Source of the DNA: Myxococcales bacterium
Lineage (GTDB): Bacteria > Desulfobacterota > Binatia > HRBIN30
Reading direction: 5' to 3'
Length of the DNA stretch: 64,000 nucleotides
NCBI GenBank assembly: GCA_037445065.1
Contig: JBBILD010000004.1
Span: 64,001-128,000, forward strand
Part shown: piece by piece, positions 60,364-64,000 of the stretch
Numbering within the stretch: position 1 is the stretch's first letter
How the letters are laid out: every line of letters starts with the position of its first letter
Translations under genes and position numbers: made by a program
Notes under the pieces: generated by a model
Seen by the model: only the letters and a program-made list of their open reading frames with translations
Databases searched by the model: none
Told to the model about the DNA's origin: nothing

Positions 60364-61120
60364 GTAGTGGCTCCTTCTCCCGCGGGGACGGCACTCGTCC
60401 GAACCGGCGCTCCCTTTGCTGGTAAGCGAGCAAGGCGTCGTAGAACTCGTCTTCCCGAAAGTCGGGCCACAGTGTTTCGGTCACGTAGATTTCGCTGTAA
60501 GCGAGCGGCCACAGGAAAAAGTTGGATACGCGCAGCTCGCCGCTCGTACGGATGAGCAGGTCGGGGTCCGGGATGCCCGCTGTGCTCAGGTAACGGGCGA
60601 ACATGTCAGTGTCGATTTCTTCCGGATTGATCTCGCCCGCCCGCGCTGCCCGTGCCAGCGCACGTGCCGCCTGCACGATGTCTTCGCGGCCGCCGTAACT
60701 GACGGCGAGCACCACCGTCATGTCTTGGTTGTTCCGGGTCGCCTCCATCGTGGCTTCGAGGTCCGCTTGCAGGCCGTACGGCAGCCGCGCCAAGTCGCCC
60801 ACCGCGAGCAGGCGGATCCCATTCTTCATCATTCGGTGCAGTTCGGTGCGCAGGTAGCGGCGCAGCAAGCGCATAAGTGCATCCACCTCGCGGCGCGGGC
60901 GTTCCCAGTTTTCAGTCGAGAAAGCAAACAGGCTCAAGTACGGAATCCCGACTCTGCGACTGGCTTCGACCACGGCGCGCACGGAATCCTTGCCCCGTTT
61001 GTGCCCCTCGATACGGCTTAGCCCGCGCCGTTGGGCCCAGCGCCCATTGCCATCCATGATGATGGCGACGTGACGGGGAAGTCGGCCGAGATCGAGGTTT
61101 TCCGGAAGCGGCCGTGGCAC
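60350..61120 (-). CDS. uppS: Undecaprenyl diphosphate synthase
   Basis: PRHVAIIMDGNGRWA, FSTENWERP, SYGGR, PDLLIRTSGELRVSNF, RERRFG; start GTG 61120 chosen. Confidence 0.96.
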   Translation of the reverse strand: MPRPLPENLDLGRLPRHVAIIMDGNGRWAQRRGLSRIEGHKRGKDSVRAVVEASRRVGIPYLSLFAFSTENWERPRREVDALMRLLRRYLRTELHRMMKNGIRLLAVGDLARLPYGLQADLEATMEATRNNQDMTVVLAVSYGGREDIVQAARALARAARAGEINPEEIDTDMFARYLSTAGIPDPDLLIRTSGELRVSNFFLWPLAYSEIYVTETLWPDFREDEFYDALLAYQQRERRFGRVPSPREKEPLRVAR

Positions 61121-61125
61121 GACGC

Positions 61126-61683
61126 TTAGACCTCCAAGATCTCCGCCTCTTTGTTCTTTAACGCCTGGTCGATCCGCTCGATGTACGTCTTGGTCAAACT
61201 TTCGACTTTTTCCAGCGTTTTGCGCTCGTCGTCCTCGCTGATTTCTTTGTTTTTGAGCATGGTGCGCAGCCGCTCGACCGCATCGCGTCGGTGATTGCGC
61301 GCGGAAACGCGAAATTCCTCGCATACTTTGCGTACGTGCCGGACCAGCTCCTTGCGCCGCTCCTCGGTCAGTTCGGGGATCGGCACGCGGATCACTTTTC
61401 CGTCGTTGATGGGGTTGAGCCCGAGGTCGGACTGTTGGATGGCCCGCTCGATCTCTGGGATGATGCTGCGGTCGAACGGTTGGATCACGATCAACCTCGG
61501 CTCGGGCACGGACAAAGTCGCTACCTGGTTCAAAGGCGTGCGCGAGCCGTAATAATCCACCGTGATGCCATCGAGCAGAGCGGTGGTGGCGCGCCCGGTG
61601 CGCAGCCGCGTCAGCTCCCGCCCCAGGGCTTTTAAGGTCGCTTCCATTTCTTGTTTGAGTTTGTCCAGCACCTGCTCCGTCAT
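61126..61683 (-). CDS. frr: Ribosome recycling factor
   Basis: RTGRA, VDYYGSRTPLNQVA, LGLNPINDG, LTEERRKELV. Confidence 0.97.
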   Translation of the reverse strand: MTEQVLDKLKQEMEATLKALGRELTRLRTGRATTALLDGITVDYYGSRTPLNQVATLSVPEPRLIVIQPFDRSIIPEIERAIQQSDLGLNPINDGKVIRVPIPELTEERRKELVRHVRKVCEEFRVSARNHRRDAVERLRTMLKNKEISEDDERKTLEKVESLTKTYIERIDQALKNKEAEILEV

Positions 61684-61693
61684 GGCCCCGCCC

Positions 61694-62437
61694 TCAATGC
61701 ACGATCGTACCGATTGCCTCTCCTAGCACAGCACGTTTGATGTTCCCGCCTGCCCGCAAGTCGAATACCAAGATCGGCAGGCGATTGTCCATGCACAGCG
61801 AAATGGCAGTGGAATCCATGACTTTCAAGTTACGCTGTAGACACTCGATGTAGGAAACCTGAGTGAACTTTTTTGCTTCCGGGTGGAGTTTCGGGTCCAT
61901 GTCGTAGACCCCGTCCACCGTGGTCGCCTTGAGGATAATGTGTGCACCGATTTCGACGGCACGCAGGCTGGCGGCCGTATCGGTCGTGAAAAAGGGATTT
62001 CCAGTCCCCGCGGCGAAGATCACCACCCGGCCCTTTTCCAGGTGGCGTACTGCCCGCCGGCGAATATACGGCTCTGCCACTTGCTGCATGGCAATGGCGG
62101 ACATCACTCGGGTCTTCGCGCCCAGCCGCTCGAGCGCGTCCTGCAGCGCCAACGCATTGATGACGGTGGCCAGCATTCCCATGTAGTCCGCCGTGGCGCG
62201 GTCCATCCCGCGCGCGCTGCCCATCATGCCGCGGAAGATGTTTCCACCGCCAATCACGATGGCCAGCTCGCAGCCGAGATCGCGGACCTCCTTGACCTCC
62301 GCGGCGATCCGCTCGAGCACCTGCGCGTCAATGCCGTACGGCTCGTCTCCGAGAAGGGCCTCGCCGCTCAGTTTCAGCAGCACCCGGCGGTAGCGGAGTG
62401 TGCCAGCCGTGGAAGCCGCGGACGCCTCGTCCACCAT
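61694..62437 (-). CDS. pyrH: UMP kinase
   Basis: [44 protein letters not shown]. Confidence 0.97.
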   Translation of the reverse strand: MVDEASAASTAGTLRYRRVLLKLSGEALLGDEPYGIDAQVLERIAAEVKEVRDLGCELAIVIGGGNIFRGMMGSARGMDRATADYMGMLATVINALALQDALERLGAKTRVMSAIAMQQVAEPYIRRRAVRHLEKGRVVIFAAGTGNPFFTTDTAASLRAVEIGAHIILKATTVDGVYDMDPKLHPEAKKFTQVSYIECLQRNLKVMDSTAISLCMDNRLPILVFDLRAGGNIKRAVLGEAIGTIVH

Positions 62438-62448
62438 GGGACCGCGCC

Positions 62449-63063
62449 TCAGCTCGTGGCTTCCGAAAGCTCGCCTAACTGAAAGCGCGCAAAGCGGCGA
62501 ACGACAATGTTCTCGCCGATACGCGCCACAGCGTCCGTGACGAGTTGTTGCACGGTACGGTCGGGGTCTTTGATAAACGGCTGCTCGAGCAAGCAAGTGT
62601 CCGCAAAGAACTTCTCTAGCTTGCCCTCCACGATTTTTTCGATCACGTGCTGGGGCTTGCCCGAACCGGCGGCTTGGGCGCGGTAGATTTCCCGTTCCGA
62701 TTCGATCACTTGCTGAGGGACGTCCTCACGGCGCACCCAGCGCGGATTGGCGGCGGCGACTTGCATTGCCAAGTCTCGCACCAACTCCTGGAACTCGTTG
62801 GTGCGGGCCACGAAGTCGGTCTCGCAATTCACCTCGATTAGCACCCCGATCTTGCCGCCTGCGTGGATATAAGAGGCCACCAGACCTTGGCTTGCCACCC
62901 TGCTTGCCTTCTTTTGCGCAGTCGCGAGCCCCTTCTCGCGCAAAATTTGGATGGCCTTCTCCATGTCGCCACCGGCCTGGGAGAGGGCCTTTTGGCAGTC
63001 CAGCATTCCGGCACCGGTGCGTTCGCGCAGTTCCCGTACCTGTTGTGCGGTCACCGTGCTCAT
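62449..63063 (-). CDS. tsf: Elongation factor Ts (short, 204 aa form)
   Basis: [45 protein letters not shown]. Confidence 0.97.
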   Translation of the reverse strand: MSTVTAQQVRELRERTGAGMLDCQKALSQAGGDMEKAIQILREKGLATAQKKASRVASQGLVASYIHAGGKIGVLIEVNCETDFVARTNEFQELVRDLAMQVAAANPRWVRREDVPQQVIESEREIYRAQAAGSGKPQHVIEKIVEGKLEKFFADTCLLEQPFIKDPDRTVQQLVTDAVARIGENIVVRRFARFQLGELSEATS

Positions 63064-63848
63064 AGTTGCGCTCCCTCTTCCCCTCCCTGCCCTTGTTCGT
63101 CGAACGAACCTTCGCTGTTGCTCGTCGGCGTCTCCATTTCGGCTGCCTTGGCGTGCTCTTCCTGGATCCGCTTCCCTTCGAGGACGGCGTCGGCAATGGC
63201 GGCGCAAAACAGCCGTATGGCGCGAATCGCGTCGTCGTTACCGGGGATTTTGTAATCCACCACATCGGGGTCGCAGTTGGTATCCACGACCGCCACCACC
63301 GGGATGCGCAACTTGTTCGCCTCGCGCACGGCGATTTCTTCTTTCTTCGGGTCAATCACGAAGAGGGCATCGGGAAGCCGGCGCATGTTTTTGATACCGC
63401 CGAGTGCCGCCAAAAGTTTGTCCCGCTCGCGCTCGATCCGCAGCATTTCCCTTTTGGTCAGCGCTTCGACCATCGTCGGGTCGGCGAGGATTTCTTCACA
63501 TTTTTTCAAGCGTTCGATGCTTTGCTTGATGGTTTGGAAGTTGGTGAGGGTGCCGCCCAGCCAGCGATTGTTCACGTAGAACATGCCGCAGCGTTCCGCT
63601 TCCTCCTTTATGACCTCTTGGGCTTGCTTCTTGGTACCTACGAACAGGACCGTTCCCCCGCGCGCCGAGAGGTCGCGCACGAATTCGTAAGCGGCGCGAA
63701 ACAGCTCCACTGTCCGTTGTAAGTCAATGATGTGGATGCCATTACGCGCCCCGAAGATGTACGGCCGCATCTTGGGGTTCCAGCGGCTGGTCTGGTGCCC
63801 AAAGTGCACGCCGGCTTCGAGCAGGTTTTTCATGGTAATTTCCGTCAT
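63060..63848 (-). CDS. rpsB: 30S ribosomal protein S2
   Basis: [54 protein letters not shown]. Confidence 0.98.
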   Translation of the reverse strand: MTEITMKNLLEAGVHFGHQTSRWNPKMRPYIFGARNGIHIIDLQRTVELFRAAYEFVRDLSARGGTVLFVGTKKQAQEVIKEEAERCGMFYVNNRWLGGTLTNFQTIKQSIERLKKCEEILADPTMVEALTKREMLRIERERDKLLAALGGIKNMRRLPDALFVIDPKKEEIAVREANKLRIPVVAVVDTNCDPDVVDYKIPGNDDAIRAIRLFCAAIADAVLEGKRIQEEHAKAAEMETPTSNSEGSFDEQGQGGEEGAQL

Positions 63849-64000
63849 AGGCAAAGGTCTCCGAAATGGACCTGCCGTGAGTATCAGAAAGGGGCAGATG
63901 CGCGCAAGGCAGGGGCTCTGGGGCCGAATCTACGGGCGCCGCGCGTACAACGGGAGCGTTCGACCAAAACGGCTGCTCATTTGCTCGGCCTTTAAGGGCG

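Noticed and set aside
62449..63063. tsf as a truncated pseudogene
   Set aside because: The roughly 200-aa EF-Ts form is a known natural variant, and both termini are intact.
1..64000. tRNA, rRNA, integron integrase or prophage genes
   Set aside because: None recognised by eye; a tRNAscan/Rfam run would be needed to exclude small RNAs in the unexplained gaps (18750-19240, 19560-20100, 25800-26200, 26580-27040, 42700-43270).

Overview
High-GC bacterial chromosome window. Gene order (rpsB-tsf-pyrH-frr-uppS-cdsA-rseP-tsaB-DUF465-ilvN-ilvC-psd-pssA-yebC-ruvCAB) and secreted proteins with a Cys-bracketed dockerin/EF-hand-like module suggest a deltaproteobacteria-like lineage, possibly Binatota; this is inference only. 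The right third is housekeeping. The middle holds a tandem-fused double UvrA, UvrC, a large NAD-glutamate dehydrogenase and several secreted Cys-rich or repeat proteins. Two accessory areas stand out. (1) About 20.1-27.6 kb: a same-strand stress island with yceI, a Cys-rich exported precursor peptide, an MNIO (DUF692) enzyme, a DUF2063-type partner, a SigH/SigR-like ECF sigma factor with a zinc-finger membrane anti-sigma, a DUF3179 protein and a DsrE-like protein. Three identically spaced copies of an ECF-type promoter (GGGAACTTTTT-N11-GCGTTTA) link these genes into a probable local regulon. (2) About 8.3-10.8 kb: a decayed integron-like cassette cluster, with attC-like sites flanking an inverted RHH-PIN toxin-antitoxin pair, lying between IS256 and IS1182-like remnants. 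Other oddities are a metallo-beta-lactamase-fold lipoprotein lacking all His ligands, a MoaD-like protein ending GG-V, and the absence of dxr and ilvB from their usual positions. All calls come from reading motifs by eye; no searches were run, and several start codons are my own choice.
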